Shown here piece by piece: positions 23,693 through 34,136 of a stretch of 64,000 nt of DNA. The translations under genes and the position numbers were made by a program. This DNA is from an uncultured Chloroflexia bacterium (GTDB taxonomy: Bacteria; Chloroflexota; Anaerolineae; JAAYZQ01), in NCBI GenBank assembly GCA_963700285.1, contig CAVOXA010000006.1, forward strand, positions 32,001-96,000. Reading direction: 5' to 3'. Position 1 is the stretch's first letter; each line of letters starts with the position of its first letter. The notes beneath the pieces are model-generated. The model saw only the letters and a list, made by a program, of their open reading frames with translations. It did not search any database and was not told the origin of the DNA.

Positions 23693-25430
23693 CTATTCGA
23701 CCGGTCTGGCTTGCAGGAGGGCTGCCTTCCACAGGATGTCCCCAGCTCTCCAGGCCAAAGCCGGTGAACCGGTCACTGGCGATAGGCCTGGACAGTCTTG
23801 TAGTAGGTCAGGACGATGTAGGGGCGCTCGTCAAAGAGCTTTTTCTGCATTTCCCAGATCAGCTCGCGGCGCGCCTCCTGATCGACGGTGACGCCCTGCT
23901 GGAGGTACATCTCTTCGAACTCCTCGTTGCAGTAGCCGCTGTCGTTCCAGCCACCCTCCTCCCGCTGGTCGCAGGTAAAGATCAGCATGGCAAAGTCGGG
24001 GTCGGGGTCCAGCCCCCAGCCCCAGTAGATCAGGTCAAAGTCAAAGGCGGGATAGAGGGCGATCAGGCTGTCCTCGTCCATGGGGGTGGCGGGGCCGAGA
24101 TGCCGATCTGGGCCAGGCCATCGGAGATGATCTCCAGGATGCGGACCTTGGTGGCGTCGTCCGTGGCGTACAGGCGGTATTCCAGCGGGTTGCCGTCCGC
24201 GTCCTCGCGGATACCATCGCCGTCGCTGTCCACGATAGCCGGCCTCCTCCAGGATGCGGTTGCCCTCGGCCGGGTCGAAGGGGATGTCCTGCACATCGCT
24301 GTTGTGCCAGTCGCCCATGCGAGGTGGGGATGATCGACGCTGGCCGGCTCGGCGTAGCCCAGGTAGGCGACGTTGACGATCTGCTGCTTGTCGATGGCGT
24401 AGGCAATGGCCAGGCGTACCGCTGGATCGTTCAGGCTGGCCGGCTGGCTGCCATCCTCGTGGGAGTTGATGATCAGCTCGTCGATGTCCGTGGACTCCAT
24501 GATCGCAACTTCGATGTTCTCTGTCCCTTCAAGTGTCTGGATCGCCGTGCGCGGGGATCGTGTCGGCGGCGATGACGTCTACCTCACCGGCCAGCAGCGC
24601 CTGGACTGCCGCATCCTCGGTGGCATACTCCTGCCAGACGATGCGGTCGATGGCCGGCGCCCCGCGCCAGTAGTCCTCGTTGGCCTCCAGGATCAGGTAC
24701 TCACCCTCGACCCAGTCCACGAGCTTGTAGGGGCCGGTGCCGATGGCAGCCGACAGGTCCTCGAACTCCAGGATCTCGTCGTAGGTCATGCCCTCCCAGA
24801 CGCTCCGGGGCAGGATCCAGACGTAGATCAGCAGATATTCCATGTTGCCCACCGGATCGGACAGGGTGACCTGCAGCGTGGTGTCGTCCAGGGCGACGAT
24901 CTCCTCAAAGTTGACCAGGTAGAAGCTAAAGGTCTCGATCTCGTTCTCGATGGTCCAGTTGCAGGCTCCAGGCGACATCCTCGGCGGTCAGGGGCGTGCC
25001 GTCGTGGAAGGTGACGCCCTCGCGGATCTTGAAGGTCCAGACCAGGCCGTCGTCCGATACCTCCCAGCTCTCGGCCAGACCGGGCACAAAGTCGCTGATG
25101 CCTGCGTTCCTCCACCAGCGTGTCGTACAGCAGGTAGCGGAGGTCATAGCCGTACCAGCCGATGGCCGGATTGGCCGTGTCCCAGATGTAGGTGTCGGCC
25201 ACGCGCAGCGTAACCGGTTCCTCTGTCCCGGCTGCTGGGGCCTCCGTGGGCTCCGGGGCCATCGTAGCCTCGGCGGCCGGGGCTTCCGTGGACTCTGGTG
25301 CCATCGTGGCCTCGGTGGCCATGGTAGGTTCAGCGGGTTTGGCGGGCTCGGGCGTGGCTCCGCAGCCGGCCAGCCCTAGCATGGCCAAGACTACCAACAG
25401 TGTTGAGAGCTGCCACAGTTTTCTTTTCAT
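23693..25430 (-). CDS. Peptide ABC transporter substrate-binding lipoprotein (SBP family 5), frameshifted
   Basis: Lipobox LAGC, EAPAA linker repeats, PGLAESWEVSDDGLVWTFKIREGVTFHDG, GTGPYK, WNDSGYCN. Confidence 0.9.
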
Positions 25431-25625
25431 GATTCTCCCCCTATCGTCCGTCTTTCCAGGAGGCCGGCCTATCGCGCGTTCGATTGTGCCGGCTGCCCTG
25501 ATCCTATGCGGCCCTGAATGCCAGGGACCTGCCTGCCCGTCGCTGCGGGCCTCTGTCTGGCGGCCTTCTCCAGCGGAGAAGCGTCCGCCACTGTTATCCA
25601 ACAGTGCTTTGCCCAGCAGAGTCCA

Positions 25626-26492
25626 TCAAAAAGGTAGATAGATCGTCGCCTCCTTTCGCCTGCTATTCACTGCTTCTGTGCCGGCAGGTGGGCATCGCGG
25701 CGTGGGCGGATCGGAATCTCCCGGAAGCCACGCAGAAACCGGACAAAAGTTTTGTACAGTTGTCTCATAAAGGGCACGGCCAAATTCGGCCGTGGCGACC
25801 GTTGGGTCACCGCAGATGCCGCTCTCGCTCATGCGCGACCACCAATCCTGCCACGATAGGATGCTGGGCTCGGGGCGGTCCCAGTTGAAGAATTCGAACT
25901 GCAACTGGCCCATTTCCTGTACCGCCTTGTCCATCTGGACCAGGTCAGGGCGCAGGTAGAGCATCATGGCCGTCTCGTACTCGCCTGCGTGGGCAATGCC
26001 GCCCGGCGCCGATCGCCGCATTTCAGACAGCGTGGGCTCAGCCAGGGAAGGATCGATGGCAGCGTTTGGACTCATGGCGCCGCAGACGATGCCTCTTTCC
26101 AATACCACACGTCGGGCAGCCAGGTCGGCGATGGGAGCATTGGAGCCATGGCCATTGACGATCAGGATATGGGTAAAGCCGTGTCGGGCGACGCTCAGGG
26201 CTACGTCGGCCAGGTAGGAGATGAGGTTCTGGGCGCCGATGGACACAGTGCCGGGAAAATCCATGTGATGCTCGTCCAGCCCGTAGGTGACTGGGGGCAT
26301 CATCAAGCTCTCGCCAGGGGTCCGCCGGGCGACCTCGAGGCAGATGGCTTCGACAATGATGTTGTCCGTATTGAGGGGCAGGTGGGGTCCGTGATCTTCG
26401 ACCGCGCCAAAGGGCAGCAGCACGACAGGCTGGTGGTTCAGCGCTTCCCGTATCTCGGGCCAGGTCAGCTCGTCATAGCGGACTTTGGTCAT
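25626..26492 (-). CDS. Creatininase family amidohydrolase (3' end possibly frameshifted)
   Basis: GAVEDHGPHLPLNTD, HHMDFPGT, NGHGSN, HAGEYET, GDPTVATAEFG. Confidence 0.92.
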   Translation of the reverse strand: MTKVRYDELTWPEIREALNHQPVVLLPFGAVEDHGPHLPLNTDNIIVEAICLEVARRTPGESLMMPPVTYGLDEHHMDFPGTVSIGAQNLISYLADVALSVARHGFTHILIVNGHGSNAPIADLAARRVVLERGIVCGAMSPNAAIDPSLAEPTLSEMRRSAPGGIAHAGEYETAMMLYLRPDLVQMDKAVQEMGQLQFEFFNWDRPEPSILSWQDWWSRMSESGICGDPTVATAEFGRALYETTVQNFCPVSAWLPGDSDPPTPRCPPAGTEAVNSRRKEATIYLPF

Positions 26493-26947
26493 CTCATCCC
26501 TTCTTCAAATGGGGACCAATCACAGGGAGTCTTGTAGCTTTCTGCGATCATCAAAGTCTCTGTGGTCCGGACTCCCGGAATCCGGCGTATCTCGTCGGTG
26601 ACAACCTCTGTCAGATGCGACATATCCCGGCAAAAGACTTCGAGGACAAGGTCATAGGTGCCCAGCGTCCGGACCAGGCGGCTCACTTCGGGCAGGCCGC
26701 CAATGGTTCTGGCGATGCTATCGGCCATGCCCGGCGCCACCAGGATGGCGACGAGCGCCGTGGCCTCAAACTCCAGGGCATAGGGGTCGATGATGCCGGC
26801 GACGCGAAGGATTCCCTGCTGGACCAGCCTTTGGTACCGGGCGCGTATTGTCGTTTCTGAAACGCCGGCCTGCCTGGCGACCTGGGTGAAGGGAACCCGG
26901 CCGTCCGCTTGTAGGGCTTGCAGGATCTGTTTGTCCAGGTCGTCCAT
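26489..26947 (-). CDS. Lrp/AsnC family transcriptional regulator
   Basis: MDDLDKQILQALQADGR...GVSETTIRARYQRL...GTYDL...IPGVRTTET. Confidence 0.93.
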   Translation of the reverse strand: MDDLDKQILQALQADGRVPFTQVARQAGVSETTIRARYQRLVQQGILRVAGIIDPYALEFEATALVAILVAPGMADSIARTIGGLPEVSRLVRTLGTYDLVLEVFCRDMSHLTEVVTDEIRRIPGVRTTETLMIAESYKTPCDWSPFEEGMR

Positions 26948-27042
26948 GCCGCCTCCACGAAGGATCAGAATGTACCACCGCGATGGCCCAACCTACGCGG
27001 ACCAGTCCAAACAGGTGCTTTGAATATCGAACTTCAGAAAGT

Positions 27043-27071
27043 ATTATACCATGAATTCCAAGGTGATGCAA
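27043..27071 (-). promoter_or_regulatory. sigma70 promoter of the lrp-creatininase-ABC operon
   Basis: TTGCAT-17bp-TATAAT with extended TG; bracketed by inverted repeat TGAATATC...GATATTCA. Confidence 0.6.
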
Positions 27072-27338
27072 ATCAAGAGAGTTGATATTCAAAGACAGTC
27101 CCCCTGGGATCTGTGCTGGTCTTGACCAAGCGGTGCCCCATAGGCCAGGGAGTGCCAAGACAGGCTTCCTGGAGGCGCGATTGCTGGTTGCCAATCGAGT
27201 TGTGGAGTCGGCCTGCAGCGTTGCCAGGAACGTCACGATGTGGTAAGATAGAGTTGGCAGAAGCATGGTTGAGAGGCGCTCTGAAGCTCCTGCCCTGCGG
27301 TGGGGGGCCAAATCGCATTGTGACAAGGAGATTGCACG

Positions 27339-27671
27339 GTGGCAGACCAGACAGCCAGGCAGATGATTGAGCAGATGCCGGAGGATTTCCGCCCGGAACG
27401 CGCCGGCCGGGCCAACGCTGTTGTCCAGTTTCACATTACCGGCGAGGGCGGTGGCGATTGGTTCGTGACCATCAAGGACCGGACCTGCACGGTGACCGAG
27501 GGCGTCGCGCCCAAGGCCAACGCGACGATGACCATGGACGCCGGCGAGTACGTCCAACTGGCGACGGGCCAAATGAGCAGCATGAAGGCCTTTACCTCGC
27601 GCAAGATAAAGCCGGCTGGCGACATCTCTCTGCTCAAGAGGATGGACCGCTGGTTCGTCCGGGGCAGGTAG
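27339..27671 (+). CDS. SCP2 sterol/lipid-binding domain protein
   Basis: FRPERAG..AVVQFHITGEGGGDWFVTIKD..CTV.EG...KAF..RKIK..GD. Confidence 0.88.
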   Translation: MADQTARQMIEQMPEDFRPERAGRANAVVQFHITGEGGGDWFVTIKDRTCTVTEGVAPKANATMTMDAGEYVQLATGQMSSMKAFTSRKIKPAGDISLLKRMDRWFVRGR

Positions 27672-27721
27672 TGGGAGTCTGGGATGGCCCTCGCCGGGGG
27701 CAATGACGTGGAGGACAGGTG

Positions 27722-28708
27722 ATGGTTTCGAGACCCGCCCAGATTCTTCTGATCATCGTTGTGGTCGTCGCGGTGCTGCTGTGCGCCGCCGTCGCCGGTT
27801 TCTACTGGGCGACCGGTCCTTCCCTGCGGTGCCAGCGACCCGTAGAAGGACCGGCCGAGCCGGGCTGGTCGGCCCGAGTCATCGCCTCAGGTGGACGGGA
27901 TCGCTGCTACTACCTCTATGCGCCCCCGCAATATGACCCTGGCCAGCCGCTACCCCTGGTGTTCAGCTTCCACGGTTTTATGTCGAATCCCAACAGCCAC
28001 GCGCTGATCACCAAATGGCACAAGCTTGCCGCCGAGGAGGGCTTTTTGGTGGTCTATCCGCAGGGTACCGGGTTCCCCCAGCGTTGGTACGCAGGAAAAA
28101 CCTGGGGTACTTTTGGCATCGATGATGTGCAGTTCTACTACGACATGCTGGCCGATGTGGCTTCCGTCGCCAACGTGGATGAATCCAGAATTTATGTCAA
28201 CGGTTTCTCCAATGGCGGTGGGATGACGGTGGACCTGGGGTGCACAGCCGCAGACACCTTTGCGGCCATGGGTGCGGTGGCAGCCGCGGTCGTCGCCACA
28301 GATGGCTGTGATCCGTCCCGTCCCATGCCGGCCATCGTTTTCCACGGAACGGCGGATCCCATCGTCCCCTATGAAGGCGGGGAGATGGGAGGCTGGCTGC
28401 TGCGCATGGCGGCAGAAGTAACCCATGCCCCCCCGGCCTTTGTTGGCGCTGAGGACTGGGTGGTCTACTGGGCCGAGAACAATGGCTGCGATCTGACGCC
28501 TGGTACCATTCCCCAACAGGGGGACGCGCGTGGCATTCGCTATACCGGCTGCGATGCCGGTGCGGACGTGACTTTCTATACCATCGAGGAGGGCGGGCAC
28601 GCCTGGCCCGGCGGTTTTCCGATCCCCGGCGTGGGCAAGACCAGCCGCGACATCGACGCTACCGAGGAGATGTGGAAGTTCTTTCAAGCGCATACCCTGG
28701 AGGACTAG
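27722..28708 (+). CDS. Membrane-anchored esterase, PHB depolymerase / LpqC-like
   Basis: N-terminal TM, PLVFSFHG, VVYPQG, DDVQF, GFSNGGGM, FHGTADPIVPY, GGHAWPG. Confidence 0.85.
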   Translation: MVSRPAQILLIIVVVVAVLLCAAVAGFYWATGPSLRCQRPVEGPAEPGWSARVIASGGRDRCYYLYAPPQYDPGQPLPLVFSFHGFMSNPNSHALITKWHKLAAEEGFLVVYPQGTGFPQRWYAGKTWGTFGIDDVQFYYDMLADVASVANVDESRIYVNGFSNGGGMTVDLGCTAADTFAAMGAVAAAVVATDGCDPSRPMPAIVFHGTADPIVPYEGGEMGGWLLRMAAEVTHAPPAFVGAEDWVVYWAENNGCDLTPGTIPQQGDARGIRYTGCDAGADVTFYTIEEGGHAWPGGFPIPGVGKTSRDIDATEEMWKFFQAHTLED

Positions 28709-28754
28709 ACTTACCTCCGTTCTCCGTGTCTCTGTGGTGAATCCTGAGGACACA

Positions 28755-30164
28755 ATGGCCAAAGAATACCTGTCCAAGATTGATACCGCGCTCCTGAAGG
28801 TTGAGGATCCGACCAACCCGATGATGATCACCTGCGTCTTTATGTTCAAGTCGCCCATCGCGTTTGAACGGCTGCAGGCGACCATCGTGACGCGGCTGCT
28901 GACCATGCATCGTTTCCGGCAGAGGGCGATCGTACCCACGGGGGGCCTGGGCCGTCCCTACTGGGCCGATGATCCCGATTTCGACCTTTGCTACCACCTC
29001 CAGCGAGCGGCGCTGCCGCCGCCGGGGGATCAGGCTGTGCTGCAGGAGGTGGTCAGTCTGCTGGCCAGTACGCCGCTGGACCTCTCCCGGCCGCCCTGGC
29101 AGTTGCACATGCTGGAGAATTACGAGGCGTGCTGTGCCCTTGTGGGCCGCTTCCATCACTGCCTCGTGGACGGTACGGCCCTGATGCACGTGGTCCTGTC
29201 GCTGACCGACTCGTCGCCAGATGTAGCCTGGCCTGTCATTGAGCCTGAGAATCCTTACGCCGCCACACGCGAAAGCCTTGCCTCTCGCCTGCGGGCGGCG
29301 CGCGAGCGGCGCAGGCTGAGCCAGGCCACGCGGGACACCCTGAAGCGGGGCCGCTTTTCCGGCCTTTTGGATCCTTCGCGCCTGGAGGACCTGCTCCGGC
29401 TGAGCGGTGAGGCCACGGTTGACCTGGGCAAGTTCCTGGTGTCGGGGCCCGATCCCGAGACTCCCCTGCGGGGCGAGCTGGGCGACCTCAAGCGGGCGGC
29501 CTGGTCGGACGGGATAGCCCTGGATGACATCAAGGCCATCCGCAGCAGGATTGGCGGGACTGTGAACGACGTGCTCCTGACGGTGACCGCGGGCGCGCTG
29601 AGCCGCTACCTGCAGGACCACGGCCTGGCGCCCGATTGCCTCGACCTGCGGGTGGCCGTGCCCATGGATCTCAGGCCCAAGGGGTCTGAGTCGGATCTGG
29701 GCAACCGCATGGGCGCGGTGTTCCTGGCGCTGCCTGTGGGCATCGCCGATCCGGTTGCCCGCCTGCGCGAGATCGAGGGGCGCATGAATGAGCGCAAGAA
29801 CTCGCTGGAAGGTGCGGTCCTCTTTGTGCTGCTCAACCTGCTGGGCCGTTTTCCGGCAGGCGTGGCTACTACGCTGGTCAAGACCCTGGGAACGCGGGCG
29901 ACCGCCGTGATGACGAATGTCAGGGGACCCCAGGAGCAGCGCTATCTGGCCGGATCCCCCCTGGAGGGTTTCCTGGCTTGGGTGCCGCAGACGGGCCCGA
30001 TTGGCCTGGGTGTCAGCATCCTCAGCTATGCCGGGCAGGTGCGGATTGGCGTCCTGGCCGACCAGGGCCTGGTGGCCGAGCCAGAGACGCTGCTGGCCGC
30101 GTTCCACAGCGAGTTTGACCTGCTGCTGGCGCGGGCGCTGGAGGCAGGAGAGCCGTCTGCCTGA
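28755..30164 (+). CDS. Wax ester synthase / diacylglycerol acyltransferase (WS/DGAT)
   Basis: HHCLVDG catalytic motif, PLDLSRPPW, GTVNDV, LGN, TNVRGP, SILSYAG. Confidence 0.93.
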   Translation: MAKEYLSKIDTALLKVEDPTNPMMITCVFMFKSPIAFERLQATIVTRLLTMHRFRQRAIVPTGGLGRPYWADDPDFDLCYHLQRAALPPPGDQAVLQEVVSLLASTPLDLSRPPWQLHMLENYEACCALVGRFHHCLVDGTALMHVVLSLTDSSPDVAWPVIEPENPYAATRESLASRLRAARERRRLSQATRDTLKRGRFSGLLDPSRLEDLLRLSGEATVDLGKFLVSGPDPETPLRGELGDLKRAAWSDGIALDDIKAIRSRIGGTVNDVLLTVTAGALSRYLQDHGLAPDCLDLRVAVPMDLRPKGSESDLGNRMGAVFLALPVGIADPVARLREIEGRMNERKNSLEGAVLFVLLNLLGRFPAGVATTLVKTLGTRATAVMTNVRGPQEQRYLAGSPLEGFLAWVPQTGPIGLGVSILSYAGQVRIGVLADQGLVAEPETLLAAFHSEFDLLLARALEAGEPSA

Positions 30165-30175
30165 GCAGGCACGAG

Positions 30176-31603
30176 ATGATACGAGGAGTGATCAAGCCGT
30201 TGACAAAGCACTACCTATCCAATCTTGACACCGCAGTTTTTCAACTTGAGGATGCTCGCAACCCCATGACCATCACGGGCGTCGTGACCCTGCGTGGCGC
30301 GGTCGATTTGGACCGGCTCAAGGCCACCATCGAGACCCGTCTCCTGAACCTAAGGCAGTTCCGGCAGCGGGTGGTCTGGCACCCCATGGGCGTGAGAAAC
30401 CCATATTGGGAGGACGACCCGGACCTGGATCTGGGCTACCATCTGCAGCGGGCCAGCTTGCCCCCTCCCGGGGACAAGCGTGCGCTGCAGGATACGGTCA
30501 GTCTTTTGGCCAGCACGCAGTTGGACCTGACAAGGTCTCCCTGGCAGATGCACCTCATAGAGATTTCGGCCGATTGCAGTGCCATCGTCTTTCGGCTGCA
30601 TCATTGCATCGGTGACGGTATGGCCGTCCTGCACATGATCCTGACCATGACGGACCTGGAGCCAGAGCCTGGCTGGCCATCGCTGCAGCCCGCGATGCTT
30701 CGTCCAGAGTCTGCAGGGAGGAGGATGTGGCTGAGCCGGCCACCGCGTGAACTGCGCGACGCCCAGCGGCAGTCTGCACAGGATGGCCTGGCAAAGCTCG
30801 GCCAGCCCCAGCAGCTTTTGGACATGGGCCGTTTGGGAGTCGACGGCGCACTGGACCTCGGCCGGTTCCTGTTGTTGGAACCGGATCCCGACACGGTCCT
30901 GCACGGAGAACTGGGCGAGACCAAGCGGACAGCGTGGTCGGACGGCGTCCCGCTGGAGGATATCCAGCTGATCCGCCGCAGGCTGGGCGGCACGGTCAAC
31001 GACGTCGTGATCACCGTTATTACCGGAGCGCTGCGACGCTACCTCCAGGCGCACAGCGAGCCTGTGGACGACATCACCCTGCGGGCTGTAGTCCCCGTCA
31101 ACCTGCGCCCGGCGGGCCAGGAAGGGGAGATGGGCAATCGCATGGGCGCGGTCTTTCTGACGCTGCCGGTGTGGAATGCCGAGCCAGCCTGTCGGCTGCG
31201 CGAAGTGGAGCTGCGCATGAAGGGCCGCAAGGCGTCTTCGGAGGCGCCGCTCTTCTACGTGCTGCTCAATGCCCTGGGTGTGGCCCCCGCCCGCCTGGCC
31301 AAGAGGCTGGTCGGTATCTATGGCACCAGGGCCAGCGCCGTGATCTCTAACGTAAAGGGGCCGCAGGAACCGTTGTACCTGTCCGGGGTGCCGCTAGACG
31401 GCTTGATGGCCTGGGTTCCTCCGACGGGCAGCATCGGCGTGGGCATCAGCATCCTCAGCTACGTGGGCCAACTTCGGGTGGGGGTTTTCACCGACGCGGG
31501 CTTGGTGCCTGACCCGGAGGCCATCGTTGATGCCTTCCACGATGAATTTCAGGAACTGCTGGCCCGCGCCCTGGAGGCGGGGGAACCGCTGCCTGCGAAT
31601 TAG
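30176..31603 (+). CDS. WS/DGAT, second paralog
   Basis: HHCIGDG motif, GTVNDV, VPVNLR, SNVKGP, SILSYVG. Confidence 0.93.
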   Translation: MIRGVIKPLTKHYLSNLDTAVFQLEDARNPMTITGVVTLRGAVDLDRLKATIETRLLNLRQFRQRVVWHPMGVRNPYWEDDPDLDLGYHLQRASLPPPGDKRALQDTVSLLASTQLDLTRSPWQMHLIEISADCSAIVFRLHHCIGDGMAVLHMILTMTDLEPEPGWPSLQPAMLRPESAGRRMWLSRPPRELRDAQRQSAQDGLAKLGQPQQLLDMGRLGVDGALDLGRFLLLEPDPDTVLHGELGETKRTAWSDGVPLEDIQLIRRRLGGTVNDVVITVITGALRRYLQAHSEPVDDITLRAVVPVNLRPAGQEGEMGNRMGAVFLTLPVWNAEPACRLREVELRMKGRKASSEAPLFYVLLNALGVAPARLAKRLVGIYGTRASAVISNVKGPQEPLYLSGVPLDGLMAWVPPTGSIGVGISILSYVGQLRVGVFTDAGLVPDPEAIVDAFHDEFQELLARALEAGEPLPAN

Positions 31604-31634
31604 GACTGGCAGTCCTGCTCACCTGTGGATTGCC

Positions 31635-32915
31635 TCAAAGCTCATCAGATCCTCGCTTCCTGCTTGCGAGAGAATCATCGTCCGGCAACGCGTCCCAGGT
31701 ATAGATGACCGAGGTTCCGGCAAGCTTGTCGTGCAGCGCCTCGCGGTGGTTGTCGACGCCGGCCCACAGGAAGCCAGCGCCAAAGAGCAGCGAGGACAAC
31801 CAGTAGCCAAAGAGTCTGACCAGGGATCGCCAGAACGACAGGCGCCCTCCCGACCGGGTCACGATGCGCAGGCCCAGGAGGGCTTTGCCCGAGGTCTGCC
31901 CGCCCATGGTCCAGAAAAAGAGCAGGTAGGCAGCGCTGATGAGCAGACCCCCGATCGCCGTCAGTTCTATGGGAGATGCAGCCCCCACAGCATCCGTGAG
32001 CCCGGGCACATAGATCTGCAAGCCTGTGGCCAGCCGCACATCGTCCAGGAGCCAGCCTGCGGCCCGGACAAGGATGCTAATGATGACAATATCGGTGATG
32101 AGCGCCGCCAGCCGGGTCACGAAACCGGCGGTTCGCCCCCTCAGGTGTGCCGGTGGTACTGTGTCTCCCGAGAAAACGATCCTGCGCGGCGGCGGCGGGA
32201 TCTCTGGCGCGGGGTGTCTCAGTACAGAGTGGATCAGATGCGCGACGTAAAGATCGGCGCTGACCGCTCGTCCCCGCACTTCGATAAAAACCCTCTGGCT
32301 CAGGGCCAGGCTTTCGGCGGCTACCAGCTCATCCACCAGGCCCTGCACCTGCGGGCTGTCTACGACGTAGTCCAGAGTCGTGTCCACGCTATGATTCACA
32401 GCCGTGCCCAGTAGCGCCCGGCCCTGCAGCTCCTCAGACACTCCCCGCGCCTGCCAGCGTTCCAGCCTGGCCGCACTGCGGGCCGCCAGCCTGTTGTAGC
32501 TCCTGCGGGCGGGGGACAGGAGCCGGCTCTTCCGGGCCCAGTTCGTGGGCGGCGAGGCGAGTCGCCTGGCTCTGCCCAGTGCCGAGGACAGCCGCCGGTC
32601 AACCCGGTCCCCGGCCTCAAAAACTGCCCCGATAAAGATGTGGCGCAAGGCGGGGTCGACTTGCTCCGGCCGGTCGTCAGGAGTGGGGCTGGCCTCGACC
32701 CCGGACTGGTCTCGAGGCGCCGGACCGGACCGGTCCGGCGGTTCTGTGGCTGACTGGATTGCATTCAACGCCAGGGAAACGCCGCCCACCGCCAGGCGCA
32801 TCAGCGTGCCCACGCCCATCATCTCTGGCTCGGTGCGTACTGGCGCCCGTGCGCTGGTAGCGGGATCGGGGCCGTTGGGATCAAATAGCTTGTCTGCCTC
32901 GACGGGTTCGTTCAT
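31635..32915 (-). CDS. RDD family membrane protein with long helical N-terminal extension
   Basis: AGFVTRLAALITD, GQTSGKALLGLRIV, RSLVR, LHDKLAGTSV in the C-terminal part. Confidence 0.85.
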   Translation of the reverse strand: MNEPVEADKLFDPNGPDPATSARAPVRTEPEMMGVGTLMRLAVGGVSLALNAIQSATEPPDRSGPAPRDQSGVEASPTPDDRPEQVDPALRHIFIGAVFEAGDRVDRRLSSALGRARRLASPPTNWARKSRLLSPARRSYNRLAARSAARLERWQARGVSEELQGRALLGTAVNHSVDTTLDYVVDSPQVQGLVDELVAAESLALSQRVFIEVRGRAVSADLYVAHLIHSVLRHPAPEIPPPPRRIVFSGDTVPPAHLRGRTAGFVTRLAALITDIVIISILVRAAGWLLDDVRLATGLQIYVPGLTDAVGAASPIELTAIGGLLISAAYLLFFWTMGGQTSGKALLGLRIVTRSGGRLSFWRSLVRLFGYWLSSLLFGAGFLWAGVDNHREALHDKLAGTSVIYTWDALPDDDSLASRKRGSDEL

Positions 32916-33042
32916 GGCTTGTCTTCCTCACGTGCCGCTGGCTGCGGGACTGTATCTGGAACGACGACGCCCGTCAATCATACCATATTTCCTTTGCCAA
33001 GCCAAATGGATGCGGGAAGGGCAGGCAGAGTTTCCACCCGAT

Positions 33043-33165
33043 CCTGTCATACCCGCACGATTCTCGCGGACATCCACTCTGCGGAGGTGACGGTTGCCGG
33101 TGGCGTCGATGCCCGCCCCCCCCCGGCTGCTCGGGGGCAAACATGTGCGGAAATGACAGGTCAGC
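33043..33165 (+). repeat. REP-like palindromic element, family B (TGTCAT.CCCGC...GCGG.AATGACA)
   Basis: Near-identical inverted copy at 36371-36468; short version at 56040. Confidence 0.8.
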
Positions 33166-33186
33166 TTGGTGACCTTTCCACCGAAA

Positions 33187-33215
33187 TTGATACGTTACCG
33201 CATTTGTGGTACAAT
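33187..33215 (+). promoter_or_regulatory. sigma70 promoter
   Basis: TTGATA-17bp-TACAAT with extended TG, upstream of 33310. Confidence 0.6.
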
Positions 33216-33309
33216 CCAGTGAGCGTTCGCGCCTGTTTTGCTCGGGGTGGGGCGCAGCGCACGGATGACCAAGCAGAGTAGGATCGAGTGACAACAGGAG
33301 GTAAAAGAC

Positions 33310-34002
33310 ATGCAAGTCGAGGTTCGTTATGGTCCAGCCTACGCGCTGGCCATGGTCACGCTTGAACCCAGTGAGGCGATCCAGGTGGAGGGCGGGGCGA
33401 TGGTGGGCATGGCGCCCAGCCTCAAGATGGAAACAGGGGCCACGGGCGGCCTCTTGAAATCGCTCACTCGCAAGATGTTTGGCGGCGAGAGCTTTTTTCT
33501 GAACACCTTCACCGGCGTCAAGCAGGGGGATTCTCTTGCCCTGGCGCCTCCCTTGCCCGGCGATGTCTCGGTCATCGAGATGCACGGCGAAACGCTGATG
33601 GTGCAGTCAGGCTCCTATCTCGCCTCGTCGGAAGGGATCACGGTGGACACCAAGTGGGGCGGGGCCAAGTCCTTTTTCGGCAGCGAGGGCTTGATCATGC
33701 TCAGGATCAGCGGCAGCGGCACGCTGATCGTCTCCAGCTATGGGGCCATACACGCCGTGGAGCTGGCCGAAGGCCAGAGCTACGTGGTCGATACGGGGCA
33801 CCTGGTCACCTTTGATGACCATCTAAAGTTCAAGGTAAAGAAGGTGGCCGGCTGGAAGAGCACCCTGTTCAGCGGTGAGGGCCTGGTGGTCGAGCTGACC
33901 GGCCCGGGGAACCTGACGCTGCAGAGCCGCAGCCAGGACTCGTTCCTGTCCTGGCTCATCCCGCAGCTCCCCAAGCAGACAACCTACGTATCGAGTGACT
34001 AG
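33310..34002 (+). CDS. TIGR00266 / AIM24 family protein
   Basis: EGGAMV, FGGESFFLNTF, LAPPLPGD, SEGL, VVDTGHLV, SGEGLV..GPG. Confidence 0.92.
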   Translation: MQVEVRYGPAYALAMVTLEPSEAIQVEGGAMVGMAPSLKMETGATGGLLKSLTRKMFGGESFFLNTFTGVKQGDSLALAPPLPGDVSVIEMHGETLMVQSGSYLASSEGITVDTKWGGAKSFFGSEGLIMLRISGSGTLIVSSYGAIHAVELAEGQSYVVDTGHLVTFDDHLKFKVKKVAGWKSTLFSGEGLVVELTGPGNLTLQSRSQDSFLSWLIPQLPKQTTYVSSD

Positions 34003-34136
34003 GACCTGCTAGGACCTGTTCAAGTTAGAAATGACGTATCTGTCATGGCGAGCGCAGCGTGGCAATCTCCACATGCTTGTGAGAAACCGACTGCTTGGCA
34101 CTGGTCGGCCCGGAGTCGCCAACCCGTGCCTGCCTT

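Noticed and set aside
17391-25430. Pseudogenised transporter operon
   Set aside because: Breaks are single-base indels with intact motifs, so assembly error is more likely.
25626-26492. Mycofactocin peptidase MftE
   Set aside because: Same family, but no mft precursor or radical SAM genes are nearby.
27950-32414. Long antisense ORFs (e.g. 28659..30107, 27950..28939, 31527..32414) and similar ones elsewhere
   Set aside because: They are shadows of GC3-biased genes on the opposite strand and have no motifs.
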